DNA of 64,000 bases from the IMG/VR virus record IMGVR_UViG_3300044970_002959, positions 1 to 64,000 of that record; one strand, given 5' to 3'. Under the pieces are notes generated by a model, which worked only from the letters and a program-made list of their open reading frames with translations, did not search any database and was not told where the DNA came from. Position numbers and translations under genes: made by a program. Within the stretch, counting starts at the first letter, position 1, and each line of letters begins with the position of its first letter. Source of the stretch: a virus. This document shows, in pieces, positions 49,444-58,652 of the stretch.

Positions 49444-50552
49444 AGACCCCTCAACATATCAGCAACGGAATCCATAGAACATCTCTTTAATTTCGCTCGC
49501 TGTTTTTCTATTCTTTTTACTTTGTCTGATTCGTTCTCAAGAATAGCCATCTCCATTTTTCGCACCAAGTCGTGCAAGTCTGGCTTCTGCCATTCTTGAA
49601 AGACGGTATTATACATAAAATATGGCTTATGGTTTTCTTCGCAAGGAACTGTCGTAGAAGATACTAACAGTCCAAAACCGTCATCTAAAAGATCTTCTAC
49701 TCCTGTGTTTTCGCTCACAATAATATTATTATCGAATGCTAGAGCCTCTAGCGATGGATAGCCAAAGCTTTCCCCACTAGAAATACTAACTAAACAATCT
49801 CCTCGGTTGTGAAGATGTAATATATTTTTATATTCAGTATTACCAACTATAATTCTTGGCTGCCTTTCATGGTCTTTAGATATTGGAAACACAGTATTAT
49901 TAATTTCTATGCTTTCTTTGATATGACTATTAGATATAATATGCTCAGCTAGATTTTTGTTTTTTGTTTTGATAATCAAGTTAACATAGTCATATCTTGA
50001 ACAAATAATGGCGTGAGCTAGCATGGTTGTTAGCATATTTTTTCTGGTAGAAAAGTCTCCCAAAGAATAGAACGTAAAACCGTCCGACTTTTTCTCGTTT
50101 AGCTCTCTAAAACTACCAAAAAAATCTAGATCTATCGGCTCTGGAACAATATGCAGTGGCTTGTCGCTCACTCCAGCGCCAACAATAGCATCACGACAGG
50201 TTTTGGATCCTACTATTATTTCATCCACAAGCCTAAAATATTGAGCCATATCGTTTGCATAATTATATGACTCTAAATGAATAAGGCCTATTGTTTTTCC
50301 CACCTTATTATTATATTGCATCTGGTGTGGATAACAATGCTGTATGCAAGTATGATATGATGTACTACTATTTTTTTCCAGATCTAGGATTTCTTTTTCT
50401 ATCTCCGACTCTGGATACGGACAAAACGCATTATATATTGGTCTTATAGAAACGTGATGGCCAGCCCTATTTAGGGCTTGTATATATCTTCTAGAAGCAT
50501 TACCCATGCCGCTAAATTCTCTATATGGGCCGATATATAAAATATTACTCAT
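49440..50552 (-). CDS. glycosyltransferase, GT-B/GT4 family
   Basis: SGMGNASR, RKN, GESFGYPSLEALA. Confidence 0.85.
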   Translation of the reverse strand: MSNILYIGPYREFSGMGNASRRYIQALNRAGHHVSIRPIYNAFCPYPESEIEKEILDLEKNSSTSYHTCIQHCYPHQMQYNNKVGKTIGLIHLESYNYANDMAQYFRLVDEIIVGSKTCRDAIVGAGVSDKPLHIVPEPIDLDFFGSFRELNEKKSDGFTFYSLGDFSTRKNMLTTMLAHAIICSRYDYVNLIIKTKNKNLAEHIISNSHIKESIEINNTVFPISKDHERQPRIIVGNTEYKNILHLHNRGDCLVSISSGESFGYPSLEALAFDNNIIVSENTGVEDLLDDGFGLLVSSTTVPCEENHKPYFMYNTVFQEWQKPDLHDLVRKMEMAILENESDKVKRIEKQRAKLKRCSMDSVADMLRGL

Positions 50553-50553
50553 C

Positions 50554-52164
50554 TTATCTGTTTAAAAAAGAATCTGTTAATGTGATTTCGCCACTCCGTA
50601 CTTTTTCACAATATATCTTATTATTCAAATAAATTTCTAGCGTTTGAACAGCCGACTTTTTATCAAAATTATTCATAGAATTACCAGCTACAGAATAACC
50701 CTCATCCATACTGCGAATAAGATTTTGTATAAATGATGTTTTAATTAGCTCTGGCGATTTGATAATATTATTTACTATCCAGTAAACAAACTCTCTGTTA
50801 TTGACTATGTTATTAGGCACTGGTGTTGAGGGGCTTGTAGTCATTGGTGTTCCCCATAGATTTTTGACCGACAGCGAATCAAAAACCTCCATCATTTTTT
50901 GCGCTGTTCTATTCCAGCTATAATTATCAACCAAAAGCCTTCTTGTTCTCTTAGATATCGCCGTCTTTTCTGATTTTGGTAAACTAATCCATTTTTTTAG
51001 TTCAGATACAAGATGATCATTGTCCGGGACCGCCCGCTCTGCTCCGGTCTCTAGTTCTTTACAAAGCCTATTATTGATTTTGATTCCTTGAACCTTATTG
51101 GTTATCTCCTCCATACCGCTATAGTTGACAGCAAAAATCGGAATCCCACATGAGGCAGCCTCTAATTGGGGTATGCCAAGACCTTCACAAATGGCATATT
51201 GGACATAAACATCAAAACAATTATATATCTCATTAAGACACTTATTTGAAACGCCATGTATTACATTGGGAAATATATAAAAAGACTCCGAATCGCCTTT
51301 GGAATATCTTATTTTGGGTCCCTTATATGGAGATATTACTATATCGTTCTTTTCTGGGGAGTAGTATGTGAATAAAACATTATTAGCAACCCCAAACTCT
51401 TGTAATAGTTCTGGTATATTCCATCCCTGAGCTTCCGGAAAAGATGTATGCAAATATAAGTAAATCTTATTGTCTGCACCAATATCATCTAAAAGCTTTC
51501 TTAATGCCCTAAATAGCTCAGGTATTAATTTTCTTTTTTGGTTTCTCATCACAGAGCCTATAATAATAGAGTCTGGTGGTAGACCATATTTTGCTTTGTG
51601 ATAAGCCTTTGTGTAACTAATTGGCTTAAAGGTCTCTGGATCCACAGAGTCTGTAACGCAACCCTGTACGTTTATTGGCCTGCTAAGAGCCCTCAAGTAA
51701 TCGGCAGCCCAATCTGTGTGTGTTAAAACAACATCGGCGTTCTCGTATGTTTTTATCCATTCTGGTCTTTGAGGTATAGAATCTATCGTCGGTGCCACTA
51801 CCCAGTGATAATATTTGCGCAGCGGGGACGTTTCTTGATATGCGAACATCCAGTAGTCCCTAATATCAAAAACAATATCTGGCTTGAAGTGAAGTACAGT
51901 CTTCTCAAATCTCCACTGTCCAAACTGATTTACCGGATTAGACTTATAAAGATCTCTTTCTGGTGTGTTGTCTGACGGTTCGTTCGGATATACTTTCCAC
52001 GGAACATCGCTGTTCTCAGCATCTTCTTTTCTGTAGGATGCGAATTCCGCAATTTCAAAATCTTTGCGCTCGTATAGGCTGGTTAAGATTTCTTTGGTAT
52101 ATCGACCAAATCCAGAATTAACCCCATGATACTCCGCACACATCAAGATTCTTTTTTTTGTCAT
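50554..52164 (-). CDS. glycosyltransferase, GT-B/GT4 family
   Basis: SGFGRY, RNQKRK, CEGLGIPQLEAASCGIP, YSW. Confidence 0.88.
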   Translation of the reverse strand: MTKKRILMCAEYHGVNSGFGRYTKEILTSLYERKDFEIAEFASYRKEDAENSDVPWKVYPNEPSDNTPERDLYKSNPVNQFGQWRFEKTVLHFKPDIVFDIRDYWMFAYQETSPLRKYYHWVVAPTIDSIPQRPEWIKTYENADVVLTHTDWAADYLRALSRPINVQGCVTDSVDPETFKPISYTKAYHKAKYGLPPDSIIIGSVMRNQKRKLIPELFRALRKLLDDIGADNKIYLYLHTSFPEAQGWNIPELLQEFGVANNVLFTYYSPEKNDIVISPYKGPKIRYSKGDSESFYIFPNVIHGVSNKCLNEIYNCFDVYVQYAICEGLGIPQLEAASCGIPIFAVNYSGMEEITNKVQGIKINNRLCKELETGAERAVPDNDHLVSELKKWISLPKSEKTAISKRTRRLLVDNYSWNRTAQKMMEVFDSLSVKNLWGTPMTTSPSTPVPNNIVNNREFVYWIVNNIIKSPELIKTSFIQNLIRSMDEGYSVAGNSMNNFDKKSAVQTLEIYLNNKIYCEKVRSGEITLTDSFLNR

Positions 52165-52180
52165 TATTTTTTATCCTATA

Positions 52181-52216
52181 AACAAAACAAGGGGCAGGGT
52201 GAGTGCCCCCAGTTTT
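52181..52216 (-). terminator. rho-independent terminator after ssb
   Basis: Minus strand GGGGCA-ctcaccc-TGCCCC followed by TTGTTTTGTT. Confidence 0.7.
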
Positions 52217-52235
52217 GAATTTATTTTCTACAACA

Positions 52236-52598
52236 TCAGAAAGAAACGGTTTCTTCCGTCTCCTTCTTCTTGATCTTTGTGACCTTAGAGAAGTTATTCA
52301 CTCTGACCTTTAGCGTAGAGTGCTTAACGCCGTCCTTTTCCCAGTTGTCATTACGCAGACTTCCTTCGATCATAACAAGATCACCCTTTTGGAACGAGGA
52401 GCCGATAACCTCTGCTCCGCTATCCCAGGCTTCGCACTGAACATACGAAACGATCTTGTCCTTCGTTCCATTCGCCCTCGTAAAGTCCTTTGATACGGCT
52501 ACTGTGAATGAAACAACAGATGTTTGCTTCTCTCCACTAGAAATAACACGTAGTTCTGGATCACGAGTTAGGTTTCCCTTTAGTAAAACAATATTCAT
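52236..52598 (-). CDS. ssb: single-stranded DNA-binding protein
   Basis: MNIVLLKGNLTRDPELR...CEAW...KGDLVMIEGSL; AGGAG lies 8 nt before the ATG at 52598. Confidence 0.92.
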   Translation of the reverse strand: MNIVLLKGNLTRDPELRVISSGEKQTSVVSFTVAVSKDFTRANGTKDKIVSYVQCEAWDSGAEVIGSSFQKGDLVMIEGSLRNDNWEKDGVKHSTLKVRVNNFSKVTKIKKKETEETVSF

Positions 52599-52658
52599 AT
52601 TCAAATCTCCTTTAAGGTTACAAAATTACTAACAAGGTTGAGGTTCGCACCACAGTTT

Positions 52659-52686
52659 ATTATATGGAGGGCGTGTGGCGTGTCAA
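52659..52686 (-). promoter_or_regulatory. consensus sigma70-type promoter for ssb
   Basis: Minus strand TTGACA (52686-52681), 16-nt spacer, TATAAT (52664-52659). Confidence 0.8.
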
Positions 52687-52689
52687 GAA

Positions 52690-54294
52690 TCAGACCACGA
52701 AACACTTTTTAATCACCGGCGTACTGTTCTTCCCTGACTTTTGGCCGCTAAACATTAAAACTCGTCCGTTCTCTAATAGTTCTTTGTATTCTTCAAACTC
52801 TTCCGGAAACAGCACGGCAGAGTCTAGACTGCCATACGAGTCTGATAGTCTCAGAAAGCACATTTCTTTACCGGGAGTTTTGCCTCTCTTTGTTACTATC
52901 ACGCTCATCTGATCTATCTCAGCAACAACAAAAAACTGCTTATTATTAGGAAAGGTTTTTAGATCCTTACAATCGGTATTTGCGTAAGAAGAATCGTACA
53001 GATCTGTTTTGGTGATTGTTAGAGAGGCTCCTAACAGGTCTCTTTCATTGTTTGAAATCCATTCGGGATCATCATCTAGAGAGTAGGGAGGATTGGTTAT
53101 TTGATTAATAATGCTTAATATCTTTGGTAATCTATTTTTTGTTATTTTTGCTGTGCTTATCAAGGTTCTTAACAATATAGTAATATCTTTGATTTTTTGA
53201 CCATCTATAATCTCAATACACTTCTGCAGTTCTCTTTGAGTTAGTTCGCTAATGAGATTCAAATCAAAAGTCATTTTATTTCTGCTTATTTTTAGATAAT
53301 CCATAGCTCCGGATAATATGAGAGATTTTGCTGCTGATGAGTTTATGTTTACCATAACCCTCACTAGTGTTTCTATCCAAGACATTTTAGATAGATCAAA
53401 CTTTTCTATGATAGATATAAGTTTGGTATATACAGAATCCCCCAATCCCTTTATATTAGTTAGACCAAAATATATTTTTCCATCTACTATCTCAAACTCT
53501 TTGTTCTTGAGTGTTAGATTTGGACCAAATACACTAATATCCATATCTCTGGCATTACTAATTAATTCCAATATTTCTTGCTGTGGATCTATTTTATCTT
53601 TTGCTAATCTAAGATAAGACAAAAAGAATATTCTTGGAAAATGTGCTTTTGCATAGGCCGAGATATATCCGTTGATAGCATAACTAACAGCGTGAGACTT
53701 ATTAAATGAATATCTCTGGCTTTTTTCTATCCATCCGAATATCTGTTCGGCCTCGTCTTGGGTCACTTTTCCTAGCTGTTTGGATCCTTCTAGAAACTTG
53801 GTTTTAATTTTAGCCATCTCTTCGGGCTTCTTTTTTCCAATGGCTTTTCTTAACATATCTGCTTCTTGCAAATTAAACCCAGCTATATCTTTGGCTATTT
53901 CCATCGCCTGTTCTTGATAAACCATCTCTCCGTATGTGTTTTTCAAAATAGGTTCAAGAGCTTCATGAAAGTAATCAATAGACTCCTGGCCATTTTTTTT
54001 ATCAATGTAGTGATTGCTTACGCTTTTTCCGTCTCTAATAGCTTCCAAACATCCCGGTCTTAAAATACTAATTAGAGCAGAAAGCTGTTCTATATTTTCC
54101 GGCATGAGTTTTTTTGCCATGCTTTGACCAAGCCTAGATTCTAGCTGAAAACACCCCTTGGTATTCCCATCGCCTATCAACTCCCAGGTTTTTGGACACC
54201 TAAAATTAATAGTGTTGATATCAAAATCTATAGCTATTAGTTCTTGGTTTTTCTGGGTTGGAAAACAGCAACCACACTCAAAATTAATTGTCAT
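52690..54294 (-). CDS. dnaE: DNA polymerase III alpha, C-terminal part (fingers, HhH, OB)
   Basis: GCFQLES, RPG, TYGEMVYQEQ, ADMLRKAIGKK, YSFNKSHA, GLTNIKGLG and an OB fold. Confidence 0.9.
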   Translation of the reverse strand: MTINFECGCCFPTQKNQELIAIDFDINTINFRCPKTWELIGDGNTKGCFQLESRLGQSMAKKLMPENIEQLSALISILRPGCLEAIRDGKSVSNHYIDKKNGQESIDYFHEALEPILKNTYGEMVYQEQAMEIAKDIAGFNLQEADMLRKAIGKKKPEEMAKIKTKFLEGSKQLGKVTQDEAEQIFGWIEKSQRYSFNKSHAVSYAINGYISAYAKAHFPRIFFLSYLRLAKDKIDPQQEILELISNARDMDISVFGPNLTLKNKEFEIVDGKIYFGLTNIKGLGDSVYTKLISIIEKFDLSKMSWIETLVRVMVNINSSAAKSLILSGAMDYLKISRNKMTFDLNLISELTQRELQKCIEIIDGQKIKDITILLRTLISTAKITKNRLPKILSIINQITNPPYSLDDDPEWISNNERDLLGASLTITKTDLYDSSYANTDCKDLKTFPNNKQFFVVAEIDQMSVIVTKRGKTPGKEMCFLRLSDSYGSLDSAVLFPEEFEEYKELLENGRVLMFSGQKSGKNSTPVIKKCFVV

Positions 54295-54979
54295 TTAAAA
54301 AAGAGTCCTTAAACTTTACCTTCTGCGATAAATTCCTATGAAGCTTTAGGAACCTAATAAGTATTTTAGCGCAATCCTGTACATCCTTTAGTGCATCGTG
54401 AGCGCCCTCTTTATCTAGACCAAGATAATCTCTAATAGTATCCAATGAATAGCTTTTTAGTTCTGTGCTTTCGAACCAATAAAAAACCAAATTCATAATA
54501 TCTAGAACATCTCTGGGATGAAAGATATTACTATTTTTTTCTTTGGGTTCATAATTTTTATACTTTAGGCATAGTCTATTAACAATTTTTAGATCAAACC
54601 TATGTATATTATATCCCGCTGCAATTGGAGCAGAAAACATACTCTTTTTCTTGCCTCCAAAACAGTGATATTTTTCAAGGTAAGAAACAAAAGCTTTCCA
54701 CGATACTTCTTGTGATGGATAGTTTTGCCATTGCTTATATATTTCTTCCTCTGAACACCCCCTAACCTTAGCATGGAAGCCCAGTATATCTGTTTCGTAT
54801 TTGTAGTCCGCAGATGCTTCCATAACCTCTGGTTTGCAGAAGATATTGAATTCTGAGCCTGGGACCACTTCTAACTTAACAGGATCCACAATAACTGCGG
54901 ATATTTGAACCGGACTACATACGTTTGGATCGGATCCGTCCGTCTCCATATCGAAAACACAGATTTTTTTAGTTAGCAT
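54284..54979 (-). CDS. dnaQ: DEDDh 3'-5' exonuclease (Pol III epsilon-like)
   Basis: FDMETDG, GYNIHRFD, HDALKD. Confidence 0.82.
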   Translation of the reverse strand: MLTKKICVFDMETDGSDPNVCSPVQISAVIVDPVKLEVVPGSEFNIFCKPEVMEASADYKYETDILGFHAKVRGCSEEEIYKQWQNYPSQEVSWKAFVSYLEKYHCFGGKKKSMFSAPIAAGYNIHRFDLKIVNRLCLKYKNYEPKEKNSNIFHPRDVLDIMNLVFYWFESTELKSYSLDTIRDYLGLDKEGAHDALKDVQDCAKILIRFLKLHRNLSQKVKFKDSFLNDN

Positions 54980-55155
54980 TACTGGTCAATCTTCTCTACT
55001 TCGTCTAGTGGCTTTAAAACTACTTTTTCTGCTGTACCGGCAAGTTCGGCATTGCAAGAGATCTTACAACAACTAACTCTAACTTCTGGAACCTTTACGT
55101 ATTCCTGGTTATTGAACTTGAACTTGTCACCAACCGCAACTTCATGAAATTTCAT
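54979..55155 (-). CDS. 58-aa hypothetical protein missed by ORF track
   Basis: MKFHEVAVGDKFKFNNQEYVKVPEVRVSCCKISCNAELAGTAEKVVLKPLDEVEKIDQ; GGAG RBS; fills the gap exactly and is TAATG-coupled to dnaQ. Confidence 0.75.
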   Translation of the reverse strand: MKFHEVAVGDKFKFNNQEYVKVPEVRVSCCKISCNAELAGTAEKVVLKPLDEVEKIDQ

Positions 55156-57022
55156 TAGAAACTCCTTTCTTGAGGTAATCTGAAATTAACATAATTTTAT
55201 CTAACATAGCTACACCTAAAATATCAAACTTAACAACTCCTATTGATTCTAGATCTTCCATTTCCATACCAGCGATTCTGGTTTTAGTTTTTGTATCATA
55301 AATCATAGGACATATTGTTGATAAATCGCTGTCTGCGATAACGACTCCAGCAGCGTGTTTTGATTGATTGACTTTGGTGCCCTCTAATCTTATAGCTTGT
55401 TCGAATCTTTTGGCAAGAGGTCCTTGTAATTCATTATTTTCGTCAACGTAGCACCAGTCTTTGAGTTTCTCGGCCTGATTCTCTAGAGCCCATCTAATGA
55501 TAGAGGCATCGCCGGTTTCGTCTTTCATTTCTTGTAGTTCGTCTGCGATCTTAGCTTCGTCCGGTATGTTTCTAGTAATATTATTCATTTCGTCAAAACT
55601 AATATTACCGTATACCCTTAATACGTCTTTAATTGCTCCGCGGCCCTTAATCGTATTAAAAGTCACCATCTGAGATACTTGCTGGTCGCCGTACTTATCC
55701 TTAATATAAGATATAACATTTTCTCTCTTATTAATTGGTACGTCAACGTCTATATCGGGCATACTGACTCTATCCTTGGTATTTCTACCAGAATTATAGA
55801 ATCTATCAAAGATCAGATTGTATTGTAGTGGATCTATTCCGGTTATGCCTATTAGATAAGAAACTAAACAGCCAGCAGCCGAACCTCTACCGGGACCGGG
55901 AAGCCAATTATTGTTTCTAACATAATTAACTATGTCTTGAACTATAAGAAAATAACTAGATAATCCAGCCCCCTGCAAAACATCTAACTCATATTTGATT
56001 CTGTCAATATACTTATCTTGATCTTCTTTGCTAATCTTATCTTGTATTTTATTACGCCAGCCATTTCTGCACAGTTGTCTCAGATACTCGTCTGGAGATT
56101 CGCAATCAAACGGGGGTAGTCTGGGTCTACTCGTTATATCGTACTCTTCACACATATCCGCTACGATATTCGTGTTTTCTATTTCTTCTTCTGTGTGTAG
56201 TCTAGACATTTCTTCTTGGGATAGGATATGAAAATTATCTGATGTAAAAAAGCATCCCATCGGCAAGTCTTCGCCATTATTAATCTTTCTACTAATTTCT
56301 GGCATGGTTGTTTTTAGGTTATTACAAAGAAGTATTCTTTGGTCTGATGCGTCGGACTTTCTAACATAATGAGCATCAGGAGTACATACTACTGTAGTGT
56401 TGGTGTGTTTACCAAGAGCCCTAATTATGTCGGTAAGCTGTTTTTGTATAGGAGTATTCTCATAGTCCATCAATTGGGCTTCAAGAACAAAGTTTTCTGC
56501 ACCAAATATATCTTTTAATCTACCAATTAGATTTATGCCTATATTTTTCCAGTCCGGATTAATTTGATTATTGTCTACAATTTTATCGGCCAATAATGAA
56601 CCTAAGTGTCCGCACATACCTAACATATTGCCATCACAGAACTCACCAAGAGCCTCCAGAGTCAATCTGGGCTTGTGATAATAAAAGTCTGGACGGTTGG
56701 ACTCTGAAACTAAACGAATCAGATTTTGCCACCCCTTGAGGTTTTTTGCCAGCACAATAAAATGGGTCAATTCCTTGTTTGACTTGTCTCTAATTTCTAC
56801 GTCCTGATCACACAAGTAGATTTCACAACCAAGTATTGGCTTTATACCAACGGACTTCATTTCTTTAAAAAACTTAATTGATCCGGCTATATTGCCATGA
56901 TCCGTTAGTGCGCAGGCCCTAGCCCCTATCTCTAAACATCTCTCTGCAATCTGAGATGGCTTACTTAGGCCGTCCAATAAAGAATACATAGAATGACAAT
57001 GCAATGGTATATAGTTTTTCAT
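55142..57022 (-). CDS. dnaE: DNA polymerase III alpha, N-terminal part (PHP + palm/thumb)
   Basis: HCHSMYSLLDG, TDHGN, DAHY, GPGRGSAAG, PDIDVD, HAAGVV, KFDILG. Confidence 0.92.
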   Translation of the reverse strand: MKNYIPLHCHSMYSLLDGLSKPSQIAERCLEIGARACALTDHGNIAGSIKFFKEMKSVGIKPILGCEIYLCDQDVEIRDKSNKELTHFIVLAKNLKGWQNLIRLVSESNRPDFYYHKPRLTLEALGEFCDGNMLGMCGHLGSLLADKIVDNNQINPDWKNIGINLIGRLKDIFGAENFVLEAQLMDYENTPIQKQLTDIIRALGKHTNTTVVCTPDAHYVRKSDASDQRILLCNNLKTTMPEISRKINNGEDLPMGCFFTSDNFHILSQEEMSRLHTEEEIENTNIVADMCEEYDITSRPRLPPFDCESPDEYLRQLCRNGWRNKIQDKISKEDQDKYIDRIKYELDVLQGAGLSSYFLIVQDIVNYVRNNNWLPGPGRGSAAGCLVSYLIGITGIDPLQYNLIFDRFYNSGRNTKDRVSMPDIDVDVPINKRENVISYIKDKYGDQQVSQMVTFNTIKGRGAIKDVLRVYGNISFDEMNNITRNIPDEAKIADELQEMKDETGDASIIRWALENQAEKLKDWCYVDENNELQGPLAKRFEQAIRLEGTKVNQSKHAAGVVIADSDLSTICPMIYDTKTKTRIAGMEMEDLESIGVVKFDILGVAMLDKIMLISDYLKKGVSNEIS

Positions 57023-58065
57023 TCGGCGCTTCCGGGTGCTTTATACTTTCCAAAAGAATGGTTGTCTGCTTTATATTCAGAAACCACAGATTTCATACCC
57101 TTTATTTCAACATCGTGTTTAATTTGTTCACACTTTGTCATAAAAGAGTCTTTGTTACAGGTCTGGTGGTCTCTGTACTCTATGATAGGCAAAACCTTGG
57201 TGCTGTCCTGAAATGTTGTTTTTCCAAAATGACACAACTTACTACACATCCATGTTTTGTTAAGTCTGGGCTGTCTTGTTTGTTTGATTATTTCAAATTT
57301 CTTCTGGAGCATCTGCTCTGTTCTTGCTAGGTCTGTTTTATCGAAAAGTATAGAGAATGGACCGCCATCATTGATAAAATAGATGGTTACTATTACATGA
57401 TCATATTGAGGATATAACTGACTAATAGCATAATGGTATATCATTAGCTGAGGATCACTCTGTAATTTTTCTGGTGTTTTTTCCTTACCGGTGGCCCAAT
57501 CCAGTCTACGTCCCGTTTTCCAATCAACTATCTCCAAGGTATTATCGTTGACCTTTGTAATTAAGTCAATAGTCCCCTTTAATGCCAAGTTACCATCAAG
57601 CTTACCTTCGTCTGTATCATAACTATAGGCTGCCCACGGCTTATTGATTACTATGTCGAAGTGTTGTTCTGGACAAACTATTTCTCTGTTTCTTGGATCA
57701 AAAGCTCCTTCATGATATTGTATTGCTTTATATGTCCAGGCGTGGCAATCCTTATAGTCTTTGGGTTCCCATGTATGGTGAGAAAACCTATCTGTATAAT
57801 ACTTGTATGTTTTTTGTATCAGCGTGTCTAGATTATATTTTGATACATTAACGAGCCCAACAACTTCGTCATCAAAAGAAGGAATACTGTCCTGTTGGCT
57901 CTGTTTGATTATAGCTAATAGCTCTAATACTTTATGTACTATGGTTCCTTTATCAGCTTTTTTATTTGATGGGCCTCTTAGTCCTAGCACATATTCAATA
58001 AAATATTGCTGTTCGCACATATTATGTGCATTAAAGGAGCTACTGCGAAAATACGTAATTATAAT
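57019..58065 (-). CDS. PD-(D/E)XK RecB/Cas4-like exonuclease (probable ATT start at 58065)
   Basis: GTIVH, E, GTIDL, IVDWKTG, QL..Y and C-terminal CxxC; the N-terminal RSSSF...CEQQY motif begins upstream of the ATG at 58020. Confidence 0.8.
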   Translation of the reverse strand: MIITYFRSSSFNAHNMCEQQYFIEYVLGLRGPSNKKADKGTIVHKVLELLAIIKQSQQDSIPSFDDEVVGLVNVSKYNLDTLIQKTYKYYTDRFSHHTWEPKDYKDCHAWTYKAIQYHEGAFDPRNREIVCPEQHFDIVINKPWAAYSYDTDEGKLDGNLALKGTIDLITKVNDNTLEIVDWKTGRRLDWATGKEKTPEKLQSDPQLMIYHYAISQLYPQYDHVIVTIYFINDGGPFSILFDKTDLARTEQMLQKKFEIIKQTRQPRLNKTWMCSKLCHFGKTTFQDSTKVLPIIEYRDHQTCNKDSFMTKCEQIKHDVEIKGMKSVVSEYKADNHSFGKYKAPGSAE

Positions 58066-58652
58066 GGTAATATTCCTTTATCTGATAGAAAAGCTAGTAT
58101 GTTTTGATTTTTTTGGGCCATTGTCATGGAGCTATTGTTTATGACGAGACTAAATCTTGACCAATCATATACGTCCTTATCTAGTGCCTTTTCACTATTA
58201 GACTGAGAGTTAAATGGGTCTAGATCTAGTCTGATTACATATCCTCCAGCAGATAGAATGGTTTCAATCTCGTTGGGGAATCTACAATCTGGAATAATAG
58301 CTAAATCAGCATTGTCTCTTTGGATTTTTCTCATTGTGGCTTCTACCCAAACTTCGGTATATAGACTACGGAATATGTCTGTTCCTATTACTTCCATAGC
58401 TCTTCTGGCTGTTAGTTTTTCGTTTTCCCATACCAAATTTGTCATGGTGTTCTTGTCTTCATCAGAGCCATAGCACTGATCATACGTAAGACCCAATATA
58501 TTCATACAGATGTCTTCTTTCAAAGGATCGGCAAAATTATAAATCTTATGACTTACCGATAGTCCATTCCCATCTATAATAGACTCTACATACTGAGAGC
58601 CGGTTGTCTTACCGGATTGCTTCCTGCCAGAAAACGCTAAAATTTTTGTCAT
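58059..58652 (-). CDS. deoxynucleoside monophosphate kinase
   Basis: GRKQSGKT, FADPLK, GTDIFR, DCRFPNE. Confidence 0.85.
   Translation of the reverse strand: MTKILAFSGRKQSGKTTGSQYVESIIDGNGLSVSHKIYNFADPLKEDICMNILGLTYDQCYGSDEDKNTMTNLVWENEKLTARRAMEVIGTDIFRSLYTEVWVEATMRKIQRDNADLAIIPDCRFPNEIETILSAGGYVIRLDLDPFNSQSNSEKALDKDVYDWSRFSLVINNSSMTMAQKNQNILAFLSDKGILPL

Noticed and set aside
54200-55250. Split intein or group I intron in dnaE
   Set aside because: There are no intein terminal motifs, and the gap is fully occupied by coupled ORFs, leaving no room for intron core structure.
57019-58065. Cas4 as part of a CRISPR system
   Set aside because: It is a stand-alone PD-(D/E)XK exonuclease in a replication operon, which is common in phages.
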